A DNA stretch of 64,000 nucleotides, taken from positions 17,762 to 81,761 of the forward strand of contig CAVBBF010000002.1 in assembly GCA_963593735.1 (NCBI GenBank), in the 5' to 3' direction. The position numbers and the translations under genes are program-made. This stretch comes from Phascolarctobacterium succinatutens (lineage in GTDB: Bacteria; Bacillota; Clostridia; Christensenellales; CAG-917). This document shows positions 38,743 through 48,475 of the stretch, one piece after another (position 1 is the stretch's first letter; each line of letters begins with the position of its first letter). A model generated the notes under the pieces. It made no database searches. It was not told where the DNA came from and saw only the letters and a program-made list of their open reading frames with translations.

Positions 38743-40890
38743 TTACTCGAAGTCTTCCTTTTTGAGTTTTGCGCCCACTCTCTTGACAAACGCTTTCAAC
38801 GTGTTGCCGACGGTTTCGGGCATAGCCTTTATGTCGACAATCTTGGAATTGTTCGTAATCGAATAACTGACGTATGCGTAGTAACCGATGAGGATAACCG
38901 TGAATACGCAGAACGTGATGTAGAACGCGCCCGTCGTTTCGAAGTTGGTGATTGCGCTTGACAACACGCCGCTCTTGACGAATCCGCTTTGGTTCATAAG
39001 TTGAGCATAGTTGAGGAAGCCGAGGAAGGACATTCCGCTTGTGACGAAGTACATTCTCTTGTCGCCGCTGACCATCGTGAAGATGAACGCAAGCGCGATT
39101 GCGAGGAACAAGTAGGTGTACGTCACTTTGATTGTGAACACTGCGATAACAGCGAACGTGAAGGACGCAAGAAGCAAAAGTTCTTGTTTGTTGCGATTCT
39201 TGAAGTAAAGCGAAATGACGTACGCTTCGAGCACCAAGAGGAAGATAAGGTTGAGGATATTGACGCTTTGTTGCGAGGACTTGCCGTTCATGCCCACCAT
39301 ACCGTAGAGGTTGAACGCGTTCTTTACGAAATAGTTGACGTTGGACATTTGACCCATCATCAGTTTGAATCCGTAGAATGCGTCGCCGGCTGCGATTTGA
39401 TGAATAGCGCAAGGAATGGTAAGCGCATACGCAAGAACGAAGCAAGCGGGCAAACCGAACACGATTTTCGCTCTGTTTGACGTAAACTTCTTCAAGTCGT
39501 CGTTGTCTTTGATGTACATATACACGAAGTATGCAACCACAATCGGCGCAATCGCCATCGCTCTCAAATCGAGGACTGCGGCGAGAGTCATAACAAAGTA
39601 GGTTGAAATATACTTCTTGTTGACCATAAGAATGAGCGCGCCAACGACCAGAGCAATCAAGAGGCTCTCGAATGTTGCGCTGTGTCCGCTCACCATAAGC
39701 GCGAACGGTAACATTGCGTAAACGCTTGCGTAAACGGTTGCGAGTTTGTTTCCTACCTGCTTTTTGCCGTAGAAATAAATCATTGCGACGACCGCCAAAT
39801 CGGCAAGCACGTTGATAAGGCGAAGCAAGATAGAAAGCGAAGCGTCGTCCAATCCCTGTCCTACAAATCCGAGTACGGACAAGATGTAAATAACGCCCGG
39901 AGAGTACGTCACCGTGGTGTTTGCGGCAGCCATCTTCTCTGCGAAGTCGAAAACGCCGTTGTTTACGCCGAGATACTTTCTTGCGATGTTGAGCGTACTC
40001 GACATCTCGCTGCCCATACCGTACATCGTGAGCAAAATCACAAGTCTAAGCGCGGCGGCTGCAAGAAGAATCGCGCACACGATAAATGCGTCGTGTTGAT
40101 ACCACTTCTTCGTGAGCACGTCGGATTTTTTGTCGTAAACCGCGGTTTTGCCGAAATCGACGAACGCGTCCTTTCTTGCGTACAAGCGTCTTATAAGGAC
40201 GTACGCGCAGCAAAGAAGCGCAACCGAGAACAAACTCATAAGCACCGCGAAGCAAATGCCGTTTACGTCGGTGTTCGTGTAGACCGTAGTCGCCTTTTTG
40301 AAGTTGGTAAGGTCGTAACCGTCCGGCACTTCACTGACCCTCGATACGTTCACGTTGTCGAAATAAACCGTGCCTTTGCAGTTGTTCTCGCTCGAACCCA
40401 GACAAAGCGCAATCGTGAGATAGTCGGTGTTTTTGGGTTTGACGTAGAACGTGCTCGTCACAAATCCGTTGGCGGTCTTTTGCGAGCGCTTGACAAACTT
40501 GTATTCGACATTTTCAAGAAAAGCGACGTATGCGCCTTGATTGTTTGAAAGGTCGGAATCGATTCGCATATCGACGGTCACTTTGTAGATTTTGTTTACC
40601 TCAACCTTGACGGATTGTTTAAGATAACTGTACCCTGCCGATTTGTTTTCGAGTTTGAGAACGTTGTCGTCGCTTTCGGCGTCCGAACGTTGTACTCTTG
40701 CAAAAGTCACGCTCGAAGAGGACGTTGTCCAGCCTTCGAACTTGTTTTCTGACGTAAAGTTTGAAAAGTCGCCGTTTGTGACGAGATTTACGCCCTCTTG
40801 GGACTCAGCGTTGTTGCAAGCCGTAAATGCGAAAAGTGCCAGTACGAATACCAGCACTAATGCACTTATGAAAATTGTTTTTCTTTTCAT
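38743..40890 (-). CDS. Lipoprotein-anchored CBM-like domain fused to a multi-pass GT-C/ArnT-like membrane domain
   Basis: 715 aa with a lipobox (LFAFTAC), a beta-sandwich-like N-domain of about 170 aa (NLVTNGDFS...WT...) and then at least 10 hydrophobic helices. The family assignment is tentative. Confidence 0.45.
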   Translation of the reverse strand: MKRKTIFISALVLVFVLALFAFTACNNAESQEGVNLVTNGDFSNFTSENKFEGWTTSSSSVTFARVQRSDAESDDNVLKLENKSAGYSYLKQSVKVEVNKIYKVTVDMRIDSDLSNNQGAYVAFLENVEYKFVKRSQKTANGFVTSTFYVKPKNTDYLTIALCLGSSENNCKGTVYFDNVNVSRVSEVPDGYDLTNFKKATTVYTNTDVNGICFAVLMSLFSVALLCCAYVLIRRLYARKDAFVDFGKTAVYDKKSDVLTKKWYQHDAFIVCAILLAAAALRLVILLTMYGMGSEMSSTLNIARKYLGVNNGVFDFAEKMAAANTTVTYSPGVIYILSVLGFVGQGLDDASLSILLRLINVLADLAVVAMIYFYGKKQVGNKLATVYASVYAMLPFALMVSGHSATFESLLIALVVGALILMVNKKYISTYFVMTLAAVLDLRAMAIAPIVVAYFVYMYIKDNDDLKKFTSNRAKIVFGLPACFVLAYALTIPCAIHQIAAGDAFYGFKLMMGQMSNVNYFVKNAFNLYGMVGMNGKSSQQSVNILNLIFLLVLEAYVISLYFKNRNKQELLLLASFTFAVIAVFTIKVTYTYLFLAIALAFIFTMVSGDKRMYFVTSGMSFLGFLNYAQLMNQSGFVKSGVLSSAITNFETTGAFYITFCVFTVILIGYYAYVSYSITNNSKIVDIKAMPETVGNTLKAFVKRVGAKLKKEDFE

Positions 40891-40919
40891 TGTGTTCCTC
40901 TGAAAAATCGAGCAAGCGA

Positions 40920-41258
40920 TTAGACTTCTTTAAGTTTTGCCGCTTTGCCGGTTCTTTCTTTCAAGTAATAGAGTTTTGCACGTCTGACTTTGCCGTGACG
41001 AACGACTTGAATGCTGTCGATCTTGGGCGAATGAAGCGGGAACGTTCTTTCAACGCCGACGCCGCATGCGATACGACGAACAACGATTGTTTCGCGGATG
41101 CCGCCGTTCTTTCTTGCAATGACGGTTCCTTCATAAGTTTGGATACGTTCTCTCGTACCTTCAACAACTTTGACGTTCACTTTGACGGTGTCGCCGATTG
41201 CGATTTCGGGCAAGTTTTGTTTCATACCCTCTTTTTCGATTGTGTCGATAATGTTCAT
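40920..41258 (-). CDS. rplS: 50S ribosomal protein L19
   Basis: 112 aa, [35 protein letters not shown]. Confidence 0.95.
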   Translation of the reverse strand: MNIIDTIEKEGMKQNLPEIAIGDTVKVNVKVVEGTRERIQTYEGTVIARKNGGIRETIVVRRIACGVGVERTFPLHSPKIDSIQVVRHGKVRRAKLYYLKERTGKAAKLKEV

Positions 41259-41459
41259 TTTTGACCTCCTGTATTTGCGCGATGTTCACGACAAGCGTCT
41301 CTTGTTCGGCGGAACACCCGAGTCACGCGTGTTATAATATCATAAATAAATTTATTAAACAAGCAAATTTCCAATATATTTTGATTTTAATCGATTTTTT
41401 GGATTTTTGCCGCATTTCTCATTATTTTCACGTTGCTTACGTTGTGCGATTGTCATATA

Positions 41460-41933
41460 TTACGGTTTTTTCCGAGGATATTTTGCGTCATTTGCGCAAA
41501 AAGCGTTTTCTATATGGCGGATTCCCTCGTCGTCGATTGCGACGATGTCAAACCTGACGTTCGTTGCGCTTATGTGTTTTTGCGACAAATACGACTTTGC
41601 CGCAGTGACGTATCTTCCTGCCTTGTATGCCGTCACGGCTTCTTCCGCAGTGCCGAATTCTGTGCCGTATCTCGTCTTGACTTCAACGAAAACAATCGTC
41701 TTTTCGCCCTTTCTAAGAGGCTGAATTTTCAAGAGTTTACGCACCTTTGCGACAAACTTATTTTTTGCATTTCGCTTGATTAGATTGCCGCTTCCGTCGG
41801 TGTAACACTCGCAAATCAAGTCCACTTCGCAATCGCAGTATTTAGCGTTTTTCTCAAGGATTTTATATCCCTCTTTTTCAAGATAGTCGGCGGCTATTTT
41901 CTCGCCTATGTCTCCCGCAAATCTCGTATTCAT
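41460..41933 (-). CDS. yraN: YraN family (UPF0102) endonuclease-like protein with internal insertion
   Basis: 157 aa, GDIGEKIAADYLEKEGYKILEKN...VFVEVKTR...RFDIVAI. There is an extra segment of about 35 aa between the conserved blocks. Confidence 0.75.
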   Translation of the reverse strand: MNTRFAGDIGEKIAADYLEKEGYKILEKNAKYCDCEVDLICECYTDGSGNLIKRNAKNKFVAKVRKLLKIQPLRKGEKTIVFVEVKTRYGTEFGTAEEAVTAYKAGRYVTAAKSYLSQKHISATNVRFDIVAIDDEGIRHIENAFCANDAKYPRKKP

Positions 41934-42538
41934 TTCACAAAGTTCCCTATAAATGATTTTCTGTGAATGGGCGTTGCGCCGTATTCCTTCAACGCTGCGA
42001 TGTGCTTTGCCGTGCCGTAGCCCATATTATGCTCGAAGTCGTACTCGGGATAGACCTTTGACATTTCTTCCATATATCTGTCTCTCGTCACCTTTGCGAC
42101 GATGGAAGCGGCGGCAATCGAATACGAGAGTGCGTCGCCGTGAATGATTCCGAACGTCTTGTACGGAATGTCGAGTTGAAGCGCGTCAACGATAACAATG
42201 TCTGGTTTTACCGAAAGCGACATAATCGCGTCGCGCATGCAGGCTTTTGTTGCGTTTAGGATGTTCATTTCATCGATTTTTTCGGGCGGATAGGAAACCG
42301 TACTCGTCGCAACCGCTTTTGAAAGTATCACGTCAAACAGTTTTTCGCGCTTGCCTTTGCTCACTTTCTTGCTGTCGTTCACGCCGACGATGAGGTCGTC
42401 CAAATCCATAATAACGGCGGTGCAAGTCACAGGACCCGCAAGCGGTCCTCTTCCCACTTCGTCGATGCCGCATATATAACGATAGCCTTTTTCGCGCAGT
42501 TGATTTTCGTAGGTCATCAAATCTTTCGGATCAACCAT
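41930..42538 (-). CDS. rnhB: Ribonuclease HII
   Basis: 202 aa, ICGIDEVGRGPLAGPV...DSKK. Confidence 0.9.
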   Translation of the reverse strand: MVDPKDLMTYENQLREKGYRYICGIDEVGRGPLAGPVTCTAVIMDLDDLIVGVNDSKKVSKGKREKLFDVILSKAVATSTVSYPPEKIDEMNILNATKACMRDAIMSLSVKPDIVIVDALQLDIPYKTFGIIHGDALSYSIAAASIVAKVTRDRYMEEMSKVYPEYDFEHNMGYGTAKHIAALKEYGATPIHRKSFIGNFVK

Positions 42539-42681
42539 AATTCTTCCTTCGTATTTTAGTCGTATTGCAAATTTTTAATAAAATGCAATGCGTTTTCGAT
42601 ATTCTAATCGGTCAAATTTAATAAACCTCTAATAAATCGAATTAGAATATCGTTTATATTTTGTATTAGATTTTGCTTTGA

Positions 42682-43539
42682 TTAATTGTCGGAAAGCACA
42701 AGTTTTTTCGGCTTTTCGAGCATAATTTTGCCGAGTTTGCCTTTTCTGAACTCGTCGATAATCATCTTTGCCGTGCGCTCGTAATCGGGTTGATTGCCTT
42801 TGAGTTTGAAGCCGCGCGACATAGCGATTTGCTCGAAAATTTCTATCGTTTCATCGCTCAAAACGTCGAGATTGTAGCGAGTTTTGAGAGAATCGGGACA
42901 AAGCGTTTTCATTTCGCCTATAAAGTCGAACGCAAGTTCGCTTACATCGAGGATATCCTCTCTGATAGAGCCTATATACGCAAGGTGATGCGCCACTTTT
43001 TGGTCGTCGAACTTGCCCCAAAGCGTTCCGGGCGTGTCCAAAAAGTCCACGTTGTCGATGGAAAGCCATTGCTTGCCGCGCGTTACGCCGGGTCTATCCC
43101 CCGTCACCGCTTTTGCCTTTTTCACCATAGCGTTTATTATCGTCGATTTTCCGCTGTTGGGAACGCCGACAACCATTGCTCTTACGGATATATTTGCGCC
43201 TTTTTGCGCATATTTTTCGATTTTGTCGGCAACGACTCGTTTGAGTCCCGCAACGATTTGCGAGCAATCCCCCGACGTGCCAATCGCCTTGACGTAGGGT
43301 TTGCCCTGCCTTTCAAATTCTTTGCACCACAAATCGAGGTCGCTTTTTTCAACGAGGTCGCACTTGTTGAAAACGTAAAGCACCTTTTTGCCTTGCAAAA
43401 GTTTGTTGAAAAGCGGATTGTCACATGAATAAACCGCTCTTGCGTCGATGACGTAAATGAGCGCGTCGACAAGACGGAGATTGTCCTCCATCATTCTTAT
43501 CGCTTTTGTCATATGACCGGGAAACCATTGTATGTTCAT
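42682..43539 (-). CDS. rbgA: Ribosome biogenesis GTPase YlqF/RbgA
   Basis: 285 aa, MNIQWFPGHMTKA, NKCDL, GVPNSGKST. Confidence 0.9.
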   Translation of the reverse strand: MNIQWFPGHMTKAIRMMEDNLRLVDALIYVIDARAVYSCDNPLFNKLLQGKKVLYVFNKCDLVEKSDLDLWCKEFERQGKPYVKAIGTSGDCSQIVAGLKRVVADKIEKYAQKGANISVRAMVVGVPNSGKSTIINAMVKKAKAVTGDRPGVTRGKQWLSIDNVDFLDTPGTLWGKFDDQKVAHHLAYIGSIREDILDVSELAFDFIGEMKTLCPDSLKTRYNLDVLSDETIEIFEQIAMSRGFKLKGNQPDYERTAKMIIDEFRKGKLGKIMLEKPKKLVLSDN

Positions 43540-43771
43540 AGCGTCCTTCTCTGTTGCCTGTTATTTCGTTATCGGTCTATACCGACCGTAACCGATTCGT
43601 GCAATCGATTGTAACAGTTTGAATCGATTGTCATAAACCGATTGTTATAACCGAAATCGGTATTCTATCGGCATTTTTTGATATAATTGCAATCGTTTTG
43701 CCGATTGCATAACGCAAAACAAAAGCGCAAAGCAATGCGTTTTCGTCTTGATAATTTTCGTTGTAAACTTC

Positions 43772-43795
43772 AAAAAAGCCGTCGATTATCGACGG
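43772..43795 (-). terminator. Intrinsic terminator overlapping the trmD stop codon
   Basis: On the minus strand, CCGTCGA-TAA-TCGACGG followed by CTTTTTTG. The stop codon TAA forms the loop. Confidence 0.55.
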
Positions 43796-44505
43796 TGTTT
43801 TTTCTTTTTTTTGGGCAAATACGCTTTCAAATCCGCGTCTTTGAAAAGGTCGGGACGATTTTTCATCGTGATTTCGAGGGATTTTTCCTCTCTCCATTTC
43901 GCAATGTCCTTGTGATTGCCGCCGAGCAACACTTCGGGTACGCTTCTGCCTCTGTAAACTTCGGGGCGAGTGTACTGCGGATATTCCAAAAGACCGTTTG
44001 AAAAACTTTCCTCGCTCGTTGATTCGTCCGAGCCTAAAACGCCGTCGATGTATCTCGCAACGGTGTTTATCACAACAAGCGCAGGCAATTCGCCGCCCGT
44101 AAGCACGTAATCGCCTATGGACAGTTCCTCGTCGATGCAGATGTCGAGCGCACGTTGGTCAACGCCTTCGTAATCGCCGCAAAGAATGAGTATTCTGCCT
44201 TCTTTTGCGAGGCTTTCCACCTTTTTTTGACAGAGTTTCGTCCCTCTGGGCGACATATAAACTCTCCACGCTTCGTGCCACGGGTCAACCGCTTCGATTG
44301 CGCTTACGATGGGGTCGGGGGTCATAACCATACCTGCGCCTCCGCCGTATGGCGTATCGTCGGTTTTGAGGTGTTTATCCTGTGAAAAATCGCGTATATT
44401 CGTTATTTCCACGCCGAATTTGCCCGAATCGATAGCCTTGCCGAGAAGACTTTGATTCAAGACGGAAAAGTATTCGGGAAATATCGTCAATACGTCAATT
44501 TTCAT
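43786..44505 (-). CDS. trmD: tRNA (guanine37-N1)-methyltransferase
   Basis: 239 aa, MKIDVLTIFPE...DDTPYGGGAGMVM. Confidence 0.95.
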   Translation of the reverse strand: MKIDVLTIFPEYFSVLNQSLLGKAIDSGKFGVEITNIRDFSQDKHLKTDDTPYGGGAGMVMTPDPIVSAIEAVDPWHEAWRVYMSPRGTKLCQKKVESLAKEGRILILCGDYEGVDQRALDICIDEELSIGDYVLTGGELPALVVINTVARYIDGVLGSDESTSEESFSNGLLEYPQYTRPEVYRGRSVPEVLLGGNHKDIAKWREEKSLEITMKNRPDLFKDADLKAYLPKKKKKHRR

Positions 44506-44506
44506 A

Positions 44507-45031
44507 TCAGTTGTACACGACCACGCGAGGGAAAATCATATCGTCGAGAACCATTTTGCCGTTTTCCAAATCGACCTCTTTAATCAAATTGCCGATTGCG
44601 GGAAAACTGAGTGAGTCCTGACCGTTTTTGACAACGTACACGTCTGCCGAACCGTACTGCAACACGTCGCAAACCTCGCCGATAACCACGCCCGCAACTA
44701 CAACGTCGAGCCCTATCATATCCACGATATAGTACTTGCCGTCAGGAAGTTTGGGAAGGTCGTTTCTGTTTGCGGTGATGAGTTTGTTTCTCAAAAGTTC
44801 GGCTTTTTCGACGGTATCTATACCCTGCAAAGTGACGTAACCCACCGCGCCTTCGGGCGAGATGTGTTCCACCGCGTACTCGAATCCGTCGATTTTGAGT
44901 TTTTTAAGGCGGGAAAACCGTGCGGAATCGGAGGAATATATCTCGATTTTGAGTTCCCCTTTCAAGCCGCGCGGTTTAAGCACCTTGCCTATTGTCAATT
45001 CAGATTTCATCTTTTTCTTCGATGACGACAT
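44507..45031 (-). CDS. rimM: 16S rRNA processing protein RimM
   Basis: 174 aa, IGKVLKPRGLKGELKI. The start is uncertain (45031 or ATG 45010) and overlaps the preceding KH gene. Confidence 0.85.
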   Translation of the reverse strand: MSSSKKKMKSELTIGKVLKPRGLKGELKIEIYSSDSARFSRLKKLKIDGFEYAVEHISPEGAVGYVTLQGIDTVEKAELLRNKLITANRNDLPKLPDGKYYIVDMIGLDVVVAGVVIGEVCDVLQYGSADVYVVKNGQDSLSFPAIGNLIKEVDLENGKMVLDDMIFPRVVVYN

Positions 45032-45251
45032 TGTATCTCACGTTGCTCTTCGAACTTGCGGATTTGACGAGCGTGCGGATTGCTTTTGCGATTCTGCCTT
45101 GCTTGCCGATAATTTTGCCGATGTCCTTTTTTGCAATCGTGATAACTATGTCGTTTGCATTGTTTCCGTCTCTTTGCTCGACGGTGTAATCGCCGTTCGG
45201 AACGAGAGAGGAAACAAGATATTCGACCAGTTCAATCATTGTCGTCACCAA
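45000..45251 (-). CDS. KH-domain RNA-binding protein (YlqC-like)
   Basis: 83 aa, IGKIIGKQGRIAKAIRTL, located between rpsP and rimM. Confidence 0.75.
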   Translation of the reverse strand: MVTTMIELVEYLVSSLVPNGDYTVEQRDGNNANDIVITIAKKDIGKIIGKQGRIAKAIRTLVKSASSKSNVRYNVVIEEKDEI

Positions 45252-45500
45252 TTACTTCTTCTCGACGATACCCTGAGAAACGAGCAAGCCCATAACCGTA
45301 TCGGTGGGTTGTGCGCCTTTTGCGAGCCATTCTTTTGCTTTGTCGGCATCGATGACGATTTGCTTGGGTTCGGAAACGGGGTTATAGAAACCGATTTGGT
45401 CGATATATTTGCCGTCTCTTGCTTTGCGAGAATCCATTGCAACGATACGATAGAAAGGAGCTTTTGTTGCGCCCATTCTGGTGAGTCTAAGTTTAACCAT
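45252..45500 (-). CDS. rpsP: 30S ribosomal protein S16
   Basis: 82 aa, [21 protein letters not shown]. Confidence 0.95.
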   Translation of the reverse strand: MVKLRLTRMGATKAPFYRIVAMDSRKARDGKYIDQIGFYNPVSEPKQIVIDADKAKEWLAKGAQPTDTVMGLLVSQGIVEKK

Positions 45501-45634
45501 AATAGTTAATCCTCCATTTGTGATGAGATTTTTTATTGATATATTTCTATATTTTTGCGATTTTTAGAATACTTCAAGCATTTTTAGCGTTCTTTCGGCA
45601 TTCAATGTGTCATTTTTACGAAGCGGATTTTTTA

Positions 45635-46966
45635 TCAGAACAAGCCTTTAAGACCTCTCAAACCTTTAAGTCCGCCCTTTTGCATTCTTGCCATCATATC
45701 CTTTGTCATTTCAAACTGTTTGAGCAGTTGATTGATTTCTTGAATGGAAGTTCCGCTTCCTTTTGATATGCGTTTCTTTTGCGACGCTTTGATGATTTCG
45801 GGATTCTTTCTCTCTTTGGGTGTCATCGATTGAATGATTGCTTTCGTCCTTGAGATTTGCTTTTCGTCGATTTGCGCGCCCTGTTTGAGTTTGCCCGAAA
45901 ATCCCGGTATCATCGACATCATATCTTGAAGATTACCCATCTTCTTCATACTGTCGAGTTGTTGCAAGTAATCTTCGAGGTCAAAAGAATTTTCTTTGAG
46001 TTTCTTTTGAAGTTTCACCGCTTCTTCTTGCGAAATTGCGGCTTCGGCTTTCTCGATGAGTGTAAGCACGTCGCCCATGCCGAGAATCCTCGATGCCATA
46101 CGTTCGGGATGGAAAGGTTCGAGATCTTCCATCTTCTCGCCCGTACCGTTAAATTTGATGGGTTTGCCCGTCACTGCCTTTATGGAAAGCGCCGCACCGC
46201 CCCTCGTGTCGCCGTCGAGTTTGGTCATAATCACGCCGGTGATATCGAGTTTCTTGTTGAAAGTGTCTGCAACGGTGACTGCGTCTTGACCCGTCATACT
46301 GTCAACCACAAGCAAAATTTCGGTGGGTTTGACGGCGTTTTTGACGTTTATCAACTCTTGCATAAGGTTTTCGTCGATATGCAAACGTCCCGCCGTGTCG
46401 ATAATCATCGTGTCGTAGCCGTTTTTGAGTGCGTACTCAACGCCTGCTTTTGCAATCTTCACAGGATCGACTTGACCCATATCGAAACATTCGGTGTTAG
46501 CCTTTTTCGCAACGACGTGAAGTTGTTGGATTGCCGCAGGTCTGTATATATCCCCCGCAACCAAAAGCACCTTTTTGTTTTGCTTTTTAAGATACGTTGC
46601 AAGTTTGCCGCACATCGTCGTCTTGCCCGCGCCTTGCAAACCGCACATCATATAAATCGTGGGTTGCTTGTCGCTTACGGCGAGTTTCTGATGCGTACTG
46701 CCCATCAACGCGCAAAGTTCCTCGTTGACGATTTTGACGATTTGTTGCGCCGGGGTCAAGGATTTGAGAATATCCTCGCCGAGTGCCTTTTCGCTCACTT
46801 TTGCCGTAAAATCCTTTACGACGTTGTAGTTTACGTCCGCTTCGAGCAAAGCCACGCGGATTTCACGCATCGCTTGCTTGATTTCCAATTCCGTCAACTT
46901 GCCTTTGTTGCGAAGTTTGGAAAATATATGGTTCATTCTGTCGGATAAACTTTCAAAAAGTGCCAT
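45635..46966 (-). CDS. ffh: Signal recognition particle protein Ffh
   Basis: 443 aa with an NG domain (GLQGAGKTT, DTAGRL) and a Met-rich M domain. Confidence 0.95.
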   Translation of the reverse strand: MALFESLSDRMNHIFSKLRNKGKLTELEIKQAMREIRVALLEADVNYNVVKDFTAKVSEKALGEDILKSLTPAQQIVKIVNEELCALMGSTHQKLAVSDKQPTIYMMCGLQGAGKTTMCGKLATYLKKQNKKVLLVAGDIYRPAAIQQLHVVAKKANTECFDMGQVDPVKIAKAGVEYALKNGYDTMIIDTAGRLHIDENLMQELINVKNAVKPTEILLVVDSMTGQDAVTVADTFNKKLDITGVIMTKLDGDTRGGAALSIKAVTGKPIKFNGTGEKMEDLEPFHPERMASRILGMGDVLTLIEKAEAAISQEEAVKLQKKLKENSFDLEDYLQQLDSMKKMGNLQDMMSMIPGFSGKLKQGAQIDEKQISRTKAIIQSMTPKERKNPEIIKASQKKRISKGSGTSIQEINQLLKQFEMTKDMMARMQKGGLKGLRGLKGLF

Positions 46967-47281
46967 TTATTCCTCCATTAACAACCGAAGTTGCTGAGCG
47001 CAATTTTTTGCAGTTTTGTTATCGACCTTTTCGAGCGAATCGATAACGGCGTGCATTTTCTTGTCTTTCTCGACAAGACGAAGTTTTTGTTCGTACTCGC
47101 AAAGGTGTTTTTCACCCTTGTTTATGCCGTCGAGAACGGCTTGACGAGATATGCCGACTATGTTTGCGATTTCCCCGAAAGACAAATCCTCGTCATAGTG
47201 CATAACGAGCAAATCGTTTTGTCTTTGAGTCAGAAGCGCGCCGTAGTAACTTCTGAGCGTGGAAATTTCAAATCTATCCAT
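46967..47281 (-). CDS. ylxM: YlxM (UPF0122) putative DNA-binding protein
   Basis: 104 aa with a sigma-r4-like HTH (LSFGEIANIVGISRQAV), immediately upstream of ffh. Confidence 0.8.
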   Translation of the reverse strand: MDRFEISTLRSYYGALLTQRQNDLLVMHYDEDLSFGEIANIVGISRQAVLDGINKGEKHLCEYEQKLRLVEKDKKMHAVIDSLEKVDNKTAKNCAQQLRLLMEE

Positions 47282-47450
47282 ATCACCCTATCAAGCATTT
47301 TAACTTGACACTATCATACTCCGAAATAAAAAAGGTGTCAAGCATTTTTGCAAGACACCTAAAAAATATTTTATACAACTTAATATCATATCGTTATCGC
47401 AAAACCATATCATCGCGATTTCGGCAATCTAATGCGGTTTTTTGATTTTA

Positions 47451-48344
47451 TTACAGCAACGCGTTGATAAAGTCTTTTGCGTCGAACGGAATCAAATCGT
47501 CGATTTTTTCGCCTACGCCGACGTACACGACGGGAAGTCCGAGTTCCTCGCTTATTGCAAGCACCACGCCGCCCTTTGCCGTTCCGTCAAGTTTGGTGAG
47601 GATAATGCCGTCCGTGTCGATGTCCTCGCTGAAAATTTCAGCCTGCGACACCGCGTTTTGACCCGTCGTTGCGTCGAGAACGAGATATTTGCGGAAGTCC
47701 GCGTTAGGCAATTCGCGCTCGACCACGCGGCAAATCTTTTGAAGTTCCGCCATAAGGTTCTTTTTGTTGTGAAGTCTGCCGGCGGTATCAACCAAAATCA
47801 CGTCGTTACCCTTTGCTTTTGCAGAAGAAATCGCGTCGAACACGACAGCCGCGGGGTCTGCGCCCTCGTTGTGACGGATAACTCTCACGCCCGCACGTTC
47901 GCCCCACACTTCGAGTTGTTCGCTTGCGGCGGCTCTGAACGTATCTGCGGCGGCGACTACAACCGAATGACCTTGCTCTTTGAACATATGAGCGAGTTTG
48001 CCGATTGCGGTGGTTTTACCCACGCCGTTTACGCCCGAAAGCAATATGACGAGCGGATATTCGTACTTAGGAATATCGTAATCGATATCCTCAATCATAA
48101 GCTCGGCAAGAACGCCTTTTGCGTCCTCTGGTTTCTTGATTTTGCGTTTGAAAATCTCGTCTTTGAGTTCGTCAATGAGGTTTTCGGTTGCGGTTATACC
48201 GACGTCTGCGGTGAGCAACGCTTCTTCGAGATTCTCATAGAACTCGTCGTCAAGTTCTCTTGCCGAGAAAGCAAAAAACAATTTCTTTGAAAACGCGTCT
48301 TTGGTTTTCTTTATCCCTTGTACGATTTTTTGAAAAAATCCCAT
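47451..48344 (-). CDS. ftsY: Signal recognition particle receptor FtsY
   Basis: 297 aa, NG domain only (GVNGVGKTT, DTAGRL, TKLDGTAKGG). Confidence 0.95.
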   Translation of the reverse strand: MGFFQKIVQGIKKTKDAFSKKLFFAFSARELDDEFYENLEEALLTADVGITATENLIDELKDEIFKRKIKKPEDAKGVLAELMIEDIDYDIPKYEYPLVILLSGVNGVGKTTAIGKLAHMFKEQGHSVVVAAADTFRAAASEQLEVWGERAGVRVIRHNEGADPAAVVFDAISSAKAKGNDVILVDTAGRLHNKKNLMAELQKICRVVERELPNADFRKYLVLDATTGQNAVSQAEIFSEDIDTDGIILTKLDGTAKGGVVLAISEELGLPVVYVGVGEKIDDLIPFDAKDFINALL

Positions 48345-48475
48345 AGTCCACCTTAATATATTTTATCACTTATGCTTGATAGGTTTAGAATCATACGGTT
48401 TCGCAGCCGCCCAAACGTCGCTCGTAGACAGGCGGAGCCTGCGCACAATACTTCATTACGGTGATGCCAACAAAT

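Noticed and set aside
37839-39445. 308-aa (+) and 331-aa (-) ORFs spanning the MATE / GT-C gene junction.
   Set aside because: They are out-of-frame or antisense overlaps of two clear membrane-protein genes, they cross the bidirectional terminator at 38615-38647, and they are Arg-rich.
43631-43897. 88-aa minus-strand ORF overlapping the 3' end of trmD.
   Set aside because: It is out of frame with trmD, crosses the trmD terminator, and has no RBS.
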